From Chrysomallon squamiferum (Eukaryota; Animalia; Mollusca), in NCBI GenBank assembly GCA_012295275.1, contig CM022678.1:1364001-1428000 (forward strand): a stretch of DNA of 64,000 nucleotides, read 5' to 3'. The notes under the pieces are model-generated. The model searched no databases and was not told where the DNA came from. It saw only the letters and a list, made by a program, of their open reading frames with translations. Made by a program: the position numbers and the translations under genes. Numbering within the stretch: the first letter of the stretch is position 1; each line of letters begins with the position of its first letter. This document shows positions 25,252 to 38,118 of this stretch, piece after piece.

Positions 25252-26652
25252 AAAGACAATTATTATTATTATTTTTTTTTTTTTTTTTTTTCAAACTACA
25301 AAATATTGAATACATAAGAAAACAAAAATAAAATTACTGTGATTATTTATAGCTTCCAGTAAGATGAAAGAATACTAATAAAGTAGAAATAAATAAATAA
25401 TTAAAAATTAAATTCAATTACTTTAAAAAAAAATAAAAATAAAAAAAAAAAAAAATGAAACAGCTAAGCAGTAAGTTTAGAAGATCTGGAAAATATTTTT
25501 CATTTATGTTAGTCATAGACCTCTATGAGTGTGATCTCCATTAGCCCACAAATTTATATAAACTTTCTTTTATAATGTTTTCAAATTTATATATATTTTA
25601 TAAAGGGCAACATATTCCAAATATATATACGGATGTTGTGTATACAATTGTTAATAAGTGTAGTTAGTGGAATTATTGTTAATTTTTCATATCACATGTG
25701 TAATTATCTTTGTAAATTAATAACTTTTCAACTTAAAGTTTTAAGTGTAAATAAATAAATGCAAAAATAAACTAGTTTTTGTTTTTACTTTCTGAGAATT
25801 TGTCAAGACATATATGAAAATACAACAAAAGCAAAAATTGAGCAAATATTATTTTTAAAACCAAATACTTTAACAGGAAGGTACTTGTTTATGTTACATG
25901 TGAACATACATAAATACACACTGTATGCACATGCACACGCACATACAAAATTAATAAAAAGTAAATCAAGAGAACTGGAAATAAATAAAAACAAAATCAG
26001 ATGTTCTTTATTTATGTAAAAATATTTGTAATTATATTCATGACCATTGGTCAGTCAGTATTGACCTTCTTTCAAGAAATGATGCAGGAAAAAGTTGTTA
26101 TGTGTTCATTACCGCTGAATCCCTCGTCAGCACTTCCCTGTCACTACATTATCCAAATCACCATCACCAAATAACTTGAAAGAACAATGCACCATTCATA
26201 TTTTAATGAAACAAAAATTGTACAACAGTCCTGCATTCTATTCCATTACTGGCTTTTATTCATTTCCATTAAAATAATTTTGTAGTTTGTTGTTTTCAAA
26301 TACATCAAAGATTACTGTCCTTGTCAAAACACAGTTTCTTGTCTCCAGTGATGTGGCATCTAATCACAGAAAAGAACTTAAAGTTGGTGTGATTTATAGT
26401 TAAATCGAATAAAGTTTTTATTTTATTTTTCATCTGTGTTTACGTATTCAAAATATCTTCCTTTTCATAATATTTCTCAGTACTAGGCCTTGTACTTGAG
26501 TCTTTGGGGCACACAATCAAGGAGTTGGCCCCAGGCATCACCAGACCTCTGCACACCACTGCTTGTCTCTGATCTGTCACTGGGTTCTGATCAAGGACTT
26601 GTCCTGTAAGATCTGAGTTGTAGAAGTGAGTACACTCTGCTAGGAGATTGTT

Positions 26653-26782
26653 TCAAGTGACATCAGGTTTTGTTTTTTTCATGAATTTAAAAATGTGGAT
26701 GTCCTCACTTCTGTACTCTGGGTCCTGATGTTCCAGCGGAATTTTTTCTGTCTTGAAATACTGATTCACAAGCTGCATAAAA

Positions 26783-26825
<43 letters not shown>

Positions 26826-28501
26826 ACTAACAAATAAAGAAATAATCTAAAAACAAAAGAAAGAACAAAACTCTAAATAAATAAATAAATAAGTTAAAAA
26901 ATTAATTAATTAATAAACAAACAAACAAAAAAACTAATATAAATTAAAATAAAAATTAAAAAATAAATAAATTCATTAATTTCTTATTTTAATTTTTTCT
27001 TTTCAGTTTTATTTTATTTTTTTTATATTGCCATTACAGTAACAATAATCATAAAATATTTATCTTACGTCAAAAAAATTAGCTTCCAGAACTTTCTTTA
27101 TCTCAGTGTCTCTCTGCTCATAGCAACACAACACAACAGTGTCTGAATCACACAGCTGATTTAAAGTAGAAACCAGCGGCATCAGTGACTGAAATACAAA
27201 TTACACTGGTTTTATACACGTTAGTGTGACACTTAAAACAAACAGTTCCATCTATTATACAGCTGTTTTATTCTTACAAGCATGGAAACAAACTTATTTT
27301 AATATCATATTACTTCAAATAAACTGAAAAAAGAGAAAAATCTATGAATTACTTAATAACAAAAAATTCAAAACCTGTCCATTTAAGAACAGATAATCTT
27401 GATTTATCCTGTTTCTTAAATAATGTCATTCTCATTAGATATTATTATCATTTGTTCTCATATATGGTCCTGCTTATTTGACTGTTGGGTCATTTGAATA
27501 CAACAGTCATTTCACAATGGTCATATTGGCTATGTATTCTTATACATCATTATAATACTGTTTACTTTATACCTGTTACAACCTTATGGATTATCTACAA
27601 CTTTATTTTTCAATCTGCAGAATATATTAATTTTAACCAGGATTTAAACATTTTTGGTTTGGATATTTTACCTCTTCATAATAAATACAGTCTGCCAGTA
27701 AAATGTAATCAGGGTGTGTACTGAAGTTTTCTGTAGAATGCAAGTTGATTTTTCCCCAAGTCAGTGGTTCTGCTTTCACTGCTCCTGTTACAATGTCCAT
27801 GTTGTCGTTTATGTTTTTCTGAATCAATGGAATTAATTCCGGTAAATCTGTTATGGTAACATTTGCTCTGAAATAAACAAAAGAAAATGAGAAAATAATA
27901 ATTATAAAATCAAATAAATAAATAAATATTAGCAATAATAGTTCTATTTTTAAAATCACTAACATAAATGATAATTATTATTATTAGTAGTAATAGTAGT
28001 AGTAGTATCACGTATTTGTGCGGCATGTTTTTCTGTAGATCATAACTTAATATATATAATATATACATAATACAAACTAAGTTGTATATAATGTTGCTCT
28101 TTTGATAAAATGGGATTTATATAAAACTTTTTAAAAGCTATCTGATTAATCATTACTGTCAGTGTCATTGATAATAATAGTTTGTAAGTTATCAGTTTCG
28201 AAAATTAAAAACAGAGACGACAGGTGTGGCTGAACGACAGTTAAAGATTCAAAGTAACAAACCCTAAACTAGCTGCACAAAGGCCAACAACTCCTGTTCC
28301 GGCACCTAACTCCAAAACATTTTTTCCTTCCCAAAGATTTCCACTATCAAAGTCATCAGTTTTTAGATACAACGTAAGCACTATTGCGGCATCCCAAACT
28401 ACACAACCAACGTCACCTATTTCAGACTGGTTTATTTTTAATATTTTACTATCACCTAATTCAATTTCCCGAACAAAAAGATTTTCCAAGGGAGCCGCCA
28501 T
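26653..28501 (-). CDS. VCPKMT: Protein-lysine methyltransferase METTL21D / VCP lysine methyltransferase, 224 aa; exons 28501-28263, 27867-27672, 27188-27069, 26772-26653
   Basis: FVREIEL...INQSEIGDVGCVVWDAAIVL, motif I VLELGAGTGVVGL, VTITDL, DYILLADCIYYEE, CCYEQR, and EKIPLEHQDPEYRSEDIHIF. The 675 nt are phase-consistent. Confidence 0.93.
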
Positions 28502-28811
28502 TTTTGAAAATACATTGTATTCTCTGTATAACTATTTCGTATTAAATTATTAAAAGTAAAATTTAAAAAGTAATTGCCTTTATTTATTAGTTCAATATAC
28601 AGTTTCTAATGTGTAAATGGTACTCTCTGTTTTTGCTACTGTGAAAATTATTAAAATAGAAACTGATATGCAAATCATATTATAAAAATATATACTTGTT
28701 TGTAGAAAATATAATTATTTTGATAGTGCGGGAAATGTAAACCATTAAATATTTAAGGACAAAACATTTGTAGTTTCGGTTTATCAGCATCAATAAAACT
28801 GTTTCCAGACG
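28502..28811. promoter_or_regulatory. Bidirectional promoter VCPKMT/RDM1 (310 bp) with E2F-like GCGGGAAA
   Basis: Divergent ATGs at 28501 and 28812; gcgggaaa at ~28728-28735. Confidence 0.6.
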
Positions 28812-28993
28812 ATGGAAAACAATGTTGAGATTATAGAATTTCAGATTCCAACTTGTAATAGGAAGAATCTCTTTATTACTAATATCCCCGCCACGCTGAG
28901 TGAAGATGTAATTTATGTAAGTATTTATAACTTTATCTTGAAATAATGCTATAACCTTAATTATTCTCTCGTCACTAAATGACCAAAAAAAGG

Positions 28994-29058
<65 letters not shown>

Positions 29059-30282
29059 AAGACATTTTGTTATAACCGTTTCGTTACAGAAACACTTGTT
29101 ACCGGACATTTTGATACCATCCTTTCGTGACCAACTTTTTGTTACGAGTCAGTTTCATTATGTATACCAGTTGGCGTGCATGTCACCCGCCTCCCTCAGC
29201 TTCAAACTGTTTTTTGGGGGGGTGGATGTCAGCAAATTCAAGTCGATATGACATATTGTTCTTCCTTTTTCAAATCTTCATGAACAGAGATGTATGTTTA
29301 GATGAGTCTCATTAGTATAACAGTTTAGTGCTTGTAGCATATTTATCGATAAAACGACAACTTGCAAAGATAACTTGCAATTTAATAGAGCAAGCATAAA
29401 TCATAACATTTACCATGATTTAAACATGTAACTAATTATGTTTAGTTACAGATTCATGTATGAAAAGTATGAAAACATATAATCTTACAGTTAACCTTTA
29501 GTCAAATCTAGAGTCAGTTTAGAAATAGATGATGTCCTGATATCTATTTCGATTTCTTCTTTTTCTTCTTCTAGTTGTTGTTGATCCTTATTTATTTCAT
29601 TTCAGAACGAGCTTGAAAACAATTTCTCTAAATATGGACTGCTGTACGAAATTCAAGTATTTAACAACAACGGAAATACGTCATACGGCCATCAGACCAG
29701 CAGTCTGTATGCTTTTGTTAAATTTTATTCCAGCATGGCGGCAAGAAAAGCCAAGAACGAATTAACCAATAAGCTAAAAATAGATGGTCAAAACTGCAAG
29801 GTAATTCACACTCCACCCCGTTTTACGTTTCTTAAGCAAAGGGATATAATCGTAATATTTTATTAACTGGGAGGGAGACCAAAAAACCCCAAAACAAAAC
29901 AAAAAAGCAAAAACAGATAGAACCTACCGCAATTCGTTAGTTCCTGAGTACTGGTGACGTCATGTCTTCCTCAGTAATGATGATATGGAAAACAAATTTT
30001 AGATAAAATTGTATCTGTAAATCGCACAGTATGTGCGGCGCAATTCGTTAGCGCAAAGTACGTCATACTGAAGTAAGTAAAATGATTTTGTTGTTTATAT
30101 TTATTATTTATTTATCATTATTATTATTATTATTAACAATAATTATTATTACCTATTCATTATTAATATTATTATTCACTGTTATTATTTACTTTACATT
30201 ATACATTTTGAAAGTAAATTCCACACTTGGTCTGTTTGATGATAGCTGGAATCACACTTTTTTCTTTTCATATAATATTTCT

Positions 30283-30355
<73 letters not shown>

Positions 30356-30818
30356 TTGTTTTGTTAGTGTTGACCATTCAGTTATTCGTAAACTTTAACT
30401 GTTAAGAAGTTAAAGAAAATGTATGAGCTGACTGACTGACTGACTGACTGACTGACTGACTGACTGACTGACCGATTGATTGACTGACCGACTGATTGAT
30501 TGACTGACCGATTGATTGATTGACTGACTGATTGATCTATACTGTTAACTTCAGATCAGCTTTGCCAAGAGGAGAAATGAGAAATCAGTCTCACAACCAC
30601 TGCAGTTCACAAAGTGCGTGGAGCTCGCCAACTTCTACCTCGGTTTTACTGGCTGGTCGACTAGACTTACCAAGGTAACTTAATAACTACTACTGCTGTA
30701 ACAACAACAGCTACTACTACTACAATATTACAATAACAAGAATAATTACAACAATAACAAGAATAATGACAACAATACCAACAATTATTATTATTATTAT
30801 TATTATTGTTATTATTAT

Positions 30819-30883
<65 letters not shown>

Positions 30884-31122
30884 ATTATTATTATTATTAT
30901 TATTTTAAAACTGTTAATAATATACTGCATTCGTTTTATCTATTTGTATTTTCTACAGTATATTTCAACGTTCTGTTTCTTCATTCTTTGTTGGTTGTTT
31001 TGTTTTTGTATTTGTTTCTTGGGTTTTAATCTCCTATTTTTTTTGTCGTTTCCTATGTAATGTCTGTTTTATATGTAGTATACTGTTTTATGTTATTTAT
31101 TGTTTACATACTCATACACGCG

Positions 31123-31156
<34 letters not shown>

Positions 31157-32621
31157 CAGTTGGAAGAAGACACGGTTATGTCATCAGACGGCGATATTTC
31201 AAAAGTTCGTTTCTTCAGCGTCACCAGTCTGTCTATTTCTAAACAGAGTCTCACCTGCGAGGGTCTGGGTGCATGGGAAGAGCCTTACAACAAAGCAGGT
31301 AGGTTTTAATACAGGTAACAGATTTAAACACATATTCACCAGGTTTTTATACAGGTAACAGATTTAAACAAATATTCACCAGGTTTTTTATACAGGTAAC
31401 AGATTTAAACACATATTCACCTGATGTTTTATACAGGTAACAGATTTAAACACATATTCACCAGGTTTTTTTTACAGGTAACAAATTTAAACACATATTC
31501 ACCAGGTTTTTATACATGTAACAGATTTACACACATATTCACCAGGTTTTTTTTACAGGTAACAGATTTAAACAAATATTCACCTGATTTTTTATACAGG
31601 TAACAGATTTAAACACATATTCACCAGGTTTTTATACAGGTAACAGATTTAAACACATATTCACCAGGTTTTTATACAGGTAACAGATTTAAACACATAT
31701 TCACCAGGTTTTTATACAGGTAACAGATTTAAACAAATATTCACCAGGTTTTAATGCATGTAACAGATTTAAACACATATTCACCAGATTTTTTATACAG
31801 GTAACAGATTTAAACACATATTCACCAGGTTTTTTTTACAGGTAACAGATTTAAACAAATATTCACCTGATTTTTTATACAGGTAACAGATTTAAACACA
31901 TATTCACCAGGTTTTTTTTACAGGTAACAGATTTAAACAAATATTCACCTGATTTTTTATACAGGTAACAGATTTAAACACATATTCACCAGGTTTTTTA
32001 TACAGGTAACAGATTTAAACACATATTCACCAGGTTTTTTATACAGGTAACAGATTTAAACACATATTCACCAGGTTTTTTATACAGGTAACAGATTTAA
32101 ACAAATATTCACCTGATTTTTTATACAGGTAACAGATTTAAACACATATTCACCAGGTTTTTTATACAGGTAACAGATTTAAACAAATATTCACCAGGTT
32201 TTAATGCATGTAACAGATTTAAACACATATTCACCAGATTTTTATACAGGTAGCAGATTTAAACAAATGTTCACCAGATTTTTTAATATGACAGATTCAC
32301 CATCGCTGACTATGTAAATTTTAATATCTCGCTAAACAGAAGTTAAGTAAGATGCAACAGTGGTAATGATGATGATGCAAAAAGAGAGAGATTTTATTTA
32401 ACCCATTTTATATCTGTGGTTTATGGGGACCATTAGGTTGTAGAAAGAGATAATAACGATCATAAGAAAACGAAAATAAATAAATAAAAATGAATTTTGA
32501 ATTCCAGAACTGCTTGCTTTGCTGACAGAAAGAATCACATTTTTTGTTTTCTTCATATAATATTAAAACCATATTTCTTTTTCTTTTTTCTTTTTATTTT
32601 CTTTTATTTTCTTTGTTTATT

Positions 32622-32656
<35 letters not shown>

Positions 32657-33711
32657 ATATATATATATAGAGATACATATATTTTTTTTTTTTTTTTTTT
32701 AATTAATGTGTAATTTTGCTGAATCGATGAAATAGTCTAATTATATATTATGGGTTTTTTCTCTCTCTTCTTTCCTGTTTACATTAATCTAAAACTACAA
32801 ACGAATACATATACATACAATCATGGTTATAATGATTACATAATAATTAATTGTTGCTGCTGCTAACATTTTATCTCAGTGGTAGATGTCTTCATCTTTA
32901 CTGTTTTGTTTTCAGATCCTATGAGCAGGATTGGAGCCGTAGCAAAAAGTAAAAAACTGGCTGTTCAGAGATCCCAGGTGAACGCGTTTTCCAAACTCCT
33001 CGTTGTCGCGCTGGGCAACGGCAAAGTGTCTGTCGAGGTGAACACGACTCTGACTGAGGAATTTCTCAAAATTAACCACGTCGACGATGCAGAACTGCTA
33101 AAGGTATTCGCGTTCAAATCTGCGAGACGGAATTATTTTCTTACCTACATTTTTTTTACTTCATTTTTATTTTATTATTTGTTATTTTATGTCTTTATTT
33201 GTTTTTCATTTATTTATTTATTTACTAACTTACTTGTTTAATTGATTATTTATTCAATTATTTATTTATTTATTTATTATTTTTTCACTTATTTAGTTAT
33301 TCATTCATTCATTCATTTGTTTACTTATTTATGTTTGTATATTCATTTATTTATTTATTTATTCACTTATTTTTTTATTTATTCATTCATTTATTTATTT
33401 GCTTATTTATTTGTTTACCTGTTTGTTTATTTTTTTACTTTTTTTTTTTTACTTACACTGTATTATTACATACGGTTCTGTACTTTTTATTCATTCATTA
33501 TTATTTTTATTAAAACACTACCTGGACATTGGTCATTCGTCCATCTCCATTACAGATAATTATTATTCAGGTAATTATGTTTTGTTTCCAGGTGAACGAA
33601 GTGGACAGTAGACCAGCACCGGACAGTGATGATGATGATGATGACGACGTATCAAACATTGACCTAGACTGCGTCAACCTGCAGATTTTGCAGGAATTAG
33701 AAAACACGTAA
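28812..33711 (+). CDS. RDM1: RAD52 motif-containing protein 1, ~288 aa; exons 28812-28916, 29606-29800, 30555-30674, 31160-31298, 32916-33103, 33592-33711
   Basis: N-terminal RRM (NLFITNIP...FSKYGLLYEIQVF...YAFVKFYS), followed by the RAD52 motif (KCVELANFYLGFTGWSTRLTKL), CEGLG, AFSKLLVVALGNGKVSVE and an acidic tail. The 867 nt are phase-consistent. Confidence 0.9.
30428..30537. repeat. (CTGA/TTGA)n tetranucleotide repeat ending just before the RDM1 exon 3 acceptor
   Basis: Direct reading. Confidence 0.9.
31299..32285 (+). repeat. 40-41 bp minisatellite, ~24 copies (tcaccaggtttttatacaggtaacagatttaaacacatat), starting at the RDM1 exon 4 donor
   Basis: Exact 40-nt period, e.g. 31621, 31661, 31701. 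Confidence 0.97.
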
Positions 33712-35178
33712 TAAATAAATAAATGAATAAATGAATGAATGAATGAATTAATTAATTAATAAAATCAATAAATAAATAAATGAATAAGTGAATGAATGAA
33801 TGAATGAATTAATTAATAAAATCAATAAATAAATAAATGAATAAATAGGACAACAAAAAACAATACTGTTTCTAAAATAATAAAAAAAATTAATATATTG
33901 AAAAAATATAACTAACAGACGCAAGTGGAGAGAGAAAGAAAGAAAGAGAGAGAGACAAAGAAGCAGAGACAGAGAGAGAAATGGAGAGTTATATACAGAT
34001 AGAAAGATGTAGAAATCAAGAGAGAGAAAAGAAGGTTAACGTTTTCTGGCGAATCCGACAATTATAAGTATTTAAAACTGAATAACAAAAACAGAATAAA
34101 ACATTACATCAAAGAATAAAAGGATTTTGTCTTATTTTTTCTTATTTGTTTTTGTATTTATTTATTATTTTTATTTATTTTAATAATTATTTTATTTGTC
34201 GTGACCAGGGTAATGTCTAAAGTATTTCTGCTGATATTTCTGCTCTCCAGTTTTTTCCGTCCAAGATGGACCGCCCCTAATGTTCCCCGCCCCCGTTTAA
34301 TGCCTGTGCATTCTCTTGCTTTCAAACACTTTTCTTTCTTTTCTTTTTTCTAGTTCTATCCGTGTAAATTAATAAATGTCATTCTTTTTTTTATATAACG
34401 TACACCACTGAGTATAAAAAAATAATAATAAATAAAAATACTGACGTCTTGTAATTTGCAAAACATTAGCTATACGTAGTGTCTCATGGTCCATAAAAAT
34501 TATTTTATTTATTTATTTGTTTGTTTGTTTGTTTATTTATTTGTTTATTTATTTATTTGTTTATTTATGATACTTATTAAGATTTATTTGATTAATTGAT
34601 TTATTTAATCGAAATATTGATTCCTTGCAAACGAACATAATTATTCATCTATTATTTTTTACTTATATTATTCAATAAGCAGATTTAAATTAAAATACAG
34701 AAGGTTTATTTAATTATCATAACTTTTGTTGTATCTTTTATTTATTTATTTTTATTTTTTATTTTTTATTTTTTATTTTTTATTTTTTTATGTATGTATC
34801 TTCCTGTTCTTTCTATATTTACAGGAAACGAAAAAGTTTTTAATGTTTTATGTAGGGCGGCCGGAACCATTGTGACACGGGTGGGGGGGGGGACGTCCTG
34901 GAAAAGTTTGAAATGTTGAAATTGAAAAAACCCATATTAACAGGTTTTGAACATTACATGTAACATTCGACTGTGATGAAATGTGTTGTTGTTTTATACA
35001 CAAAGAAATGAAAATTATGCAGTGAGACATTAAGAAGCGTTTGGTTACTTTTTCGTAATACAAAATAAAATTCCTTGAAATCATAAAATTCCTTGGATGA
35101 CGGTCTGAACTGGTCAGAACTGATAAAAAAAAAAATAATAATAATAATAATAATAAACAACACGATGAAATATTGTAA

Positions 35179-35217
<39 letters not shown>

Positions 35218-35398
35218 CTAAATCAAAATATACATTTCCATTTAAATATACGAGTTCTGCAAAACAACATTTCCTGGAGCAAAAATAAAAGCACAAATCT
35301 TATTTACACAATTATATTATTACAATTCTGCTGGGTGGACGGATTTTAACGCAGGACTTGAAGCCACGCCTTTGTGGTTCTCATTTTTAGGCAACGAC

Positions 35399-35545
35399 TT
35401 TAATTTTCTGTTACACCGGTTCAGTGATAGGCCATTGTCTGATGTTTAATTTTCTGTTACACCGGTTCAGTGATAGGCTATTGTTTGATTTTTAATTTTC
35501 TGTTACACCTGTTCAGTGATAGGCCATTGTTTGATTTTTAATTTT
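35399..35545. repeat. 46-bp tandem repeat x3 (taattttctgttacaccggttcagtgataggccattgtttgatttt)
   Basis: Units start at 35401, 35447 and 35493. Confidence 0.9.
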
Positions 35546-35865
35546 ACGAATAATAAATACACAAAATAATGTGGGAAGTTAGTCTGAAATCGTAAAAAAA
35601 AAAAAAAAATACGACATGACTAAATAAATCAATCAACAAAACTTATATATATAAACAGTGTATATAAACTTATTAGAATTTAGAGTAAATATTAATTTAT
35701 TTCTGATTTCCTCAGTTTTGAATATTTGCTGAATAATTTAAGTAATCTGTCTAAGGAGGTTTTAGTTGTTCAAATAAATTATCAATAATCAGGGCCGATA
35801 ACCGTCGATATATTTTTTACAATCAATAAATCTTTCAAAAGATTTACCTCCCTTTTAACGGAACC

Positions 35866-35912
<47 letters not shown>

Positions 35913-36607
35913 CGTTATTTTTAAATTCGAGTTCTTTTAATTTTCCTTTTACCTCGATCACGCAGTGTTCAAAATATTGCATCTGTGACGGCAGCCATCA
36001 AAACAAAATAAACAAAATACCTCTACAGAAACAACAAACATTCGAAAACAAATATCTACAGAACTGCACGACTGTAACAGAAGAGGATAAAAGAAGGGAT
36101 GAGGAAGAAAAACATTCTTTATAAAAAGATAAAGATTTACGTCATTAATTGAACAAAATTTTATCATCGTTTCCATCCGTTGTTTTGTTTCTGTGAAATC
36201 ACAGGCGTATCAGAAGTTACATGTACTATTATAATTATTGATTTAAATTTTTTTCTAATGATCTATCATATTTATTTTTATTTTTTTAATTTGATTTTTT
36301 TGATAATTTACCATTGTTCAGCTGCATATTGATTATGATATAGAATTACTCAAAGACGTCTTTGTGTTCGGGTTAGTTAACGTGAAATATGAATGAGTAA
36401 CACAGAACATGTTTTCGTTCTTCTTTTCTTTTTTTTTCTTTCGTTTTTTCCTTTCCAATCGAACTGCCTCCGTCCTTTCCCCTCAATCAAATTTATTTTT
36501 CAATCTATCACTGCCACTGAAACAGTATTATTTATTTTTCTTTGTTTGTTTGCTTTGGTGTTGTTGTTTTTTCAGTCAATCTGAATTCTATAAATAGCAA
36601 ACGTTTA

Positions 36608-37306
36608 TTACTTTCGAGCAGACTTACTTTTCGCTGTGGACGACAAAACTGGGAAACTTTTAGATTTGTGCACGCTAGACTTGATGCTTGTCTTTTTGAA
36701 CTCGTCCTCCAGTCTATCGCGAACGTTTCTCACGTTTGACTTGTGTTTTGGCGCGCTCAGGTTTTCCCAGAACTGATCGGGAACCTTGTGTCTGCGCGGC
36801 TTGCGCACTCTCTTTTCCGCGTCGTTGTCTACGTCATCTTCGTCTCCCGAACGGTTTCCGTCGTTTTCCGGCGTTTTATTATCCGACTGTCCGTTGGTGA
36901 AAACGGAAGGTTTGGAGTTATCAGTCTTTTCTGTTGTAGATTTTGATTCGTCTGCTGTTTCGAGCACGTGACGTTCTTTGTTTGCACTCGTCACCTTTGA
37001 CGTGTGATCCCAGTCGGGTACAAGTCTGGCAACTCTGTCCGCGCCGCGCCCTCTAGCGCTGAAACTAGTAGCAAATGGGAAAGTTCCACGTCTGCTGGTG
37101 TAGGCGGGAGAAGAAGCGAGTTTCTGCTTCAGCCACTGGCTCTCCTTTTCGTAACCCTTGGAGATGACCTTCTTCGCCCTCTCGACCTGATGTATGTCGC
37201 GGTTCAGTCTGTTGTCGAAGCGAGCGTTGTTCTGAAGGAGGGCGTCGTCGTACTCTGACCTGCGCACGCTCAGTCCCATCCCTTTCATTACTTTGGTCCG
37301 GTTCAT
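36608..37306 (-). CDS. Uncharacterised 232-aa protein in a single coding exon (N-terminal predicted helical/coiled-coil region, acidic and basic low-complexity C-terminus)
   Basis: Long ORF in a GC-rich island within AT-rich DNA. A strong polypyrimidine acceptor (ttttttttacttccag) lies at ~37350 and a donor GTAAGC at ~37521, suggesting a short 5' UTR exon. Confidence 0.75.
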   Translation of the reverse strand: MNRTKVMKGMGLSVRRSEYDDALLQNNARFDNRLNRDIHQVERAKKVISKGYEKESQWLKQKLASSPAYTSRRGTFPFATSFSARGRGADRVARLVPDWDHTSKVTSANKERHVLETADESKSTTEKTDNSKPSVFTNGQSDNKTPENDGNRSGDEDDVDNDAEKRVRKPRRHKVPDQFWENLSAPKHKSNVRNVRDRLEDEFKKTSIKSSVHKSKSFPVLSSTAKSKSARK

Positions 37307-37375
37307 CTTCAGCCTTCAAGTGAAGAGAAATATTTAAACTTTCACGGAACTGGAAGTAAAAAAAAGAAGAAGAAG

Positions 37376-37428
<53 letters not shown>

Positions 37429-37553
37429 ATTTCATCTCTCTCTCTCTGTTATTTTTATTTTTATTTTTTATTTTTTTTTTATGTCTTTTTTTTTAACCAG
37501 CCCTTATCCCTAACAGCTTACTTCAGAATCAAATGCTGATAATTTTTGCCACG

Positions 37554-37566
37554 GTTGCCTAGCAAC
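37554..37566. promoter_or_regulatory. RFX X-box GTTGCCTAGCAAC at the presumed promoter of the 232-aa gene
   Basis: Near-perfect palindromic X-box, with an additional overlapping half-site (ttgccacggttgc). Confidence 0.65.
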
Positions 37567-37877
37567 TATCGTTAGAAGAGGAAACTGGATATCCAGAACT
37601 AGTCACATGCATTGATTCGATTGTTATTGGATTATAAAAGTGTTTTTTTTTATTTATTTTTATTTTTTTTCTGTTGCTGTCGCTGTCGTTGTCGCTGTCG
37701 TTGTCGTTGTTGTTGTTGTTTGTTGTTTTTTTGTTTGTTTTATTATTTATTTATTCATTCATTCATTCATTTATTTTATTTTATTTTATTTGTTTGCTTT
37801 TTTGTTTTTCGCTTCGTTTGAAAATTTATTTTTAGCAGCATGTTTTATTTTCTCAGATTTCTTTTCTGTCCGCCAGT

Positions 37878-38118
37878 GAAATTAGGTAAATTATTTAAAT
37901 GTATTAACTGATGACGAATTTAGAACAGGAAATTAGGAGAATTGTTTAAATATCTAATTGGTGATGAATTTAGAAAAGAATTTAAGAGTGATGTATAAAT
38001 GTTTAAGTGATGACGAACTTGGAACAGGAAATTAGCAGAATTGTATAAATGTTTAGTTGATAACAAAGTTGGAACAGGAAATTAGGGGAATTATATAATT
38101 ATTTAATGATGACAAAAA
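37878..38118. repeat. Degenerate ~50-bp tandem repeat x4-5 (gatgacgaatttagaacaggaaattaggagaattgtttaaat...)
   Basis: Units near 37910, 37960, 38009, 38059 and 38108. Confidence 0.8.

Noticed and set aside
26040-26180. SECIS element supporting Sec at the VCPKMT TGA
   Set aside because: RTGA words are present, but I could not build the required helix with apical AA and a GA quartet by eye.
36743-37427. Overlapping antisense and alternative-frame ORFs at the 232-aa gene (likewise at 7058-7862 and 63256-63887)
   Set aside because: Shadow ORFs of GC-rich coding exons.
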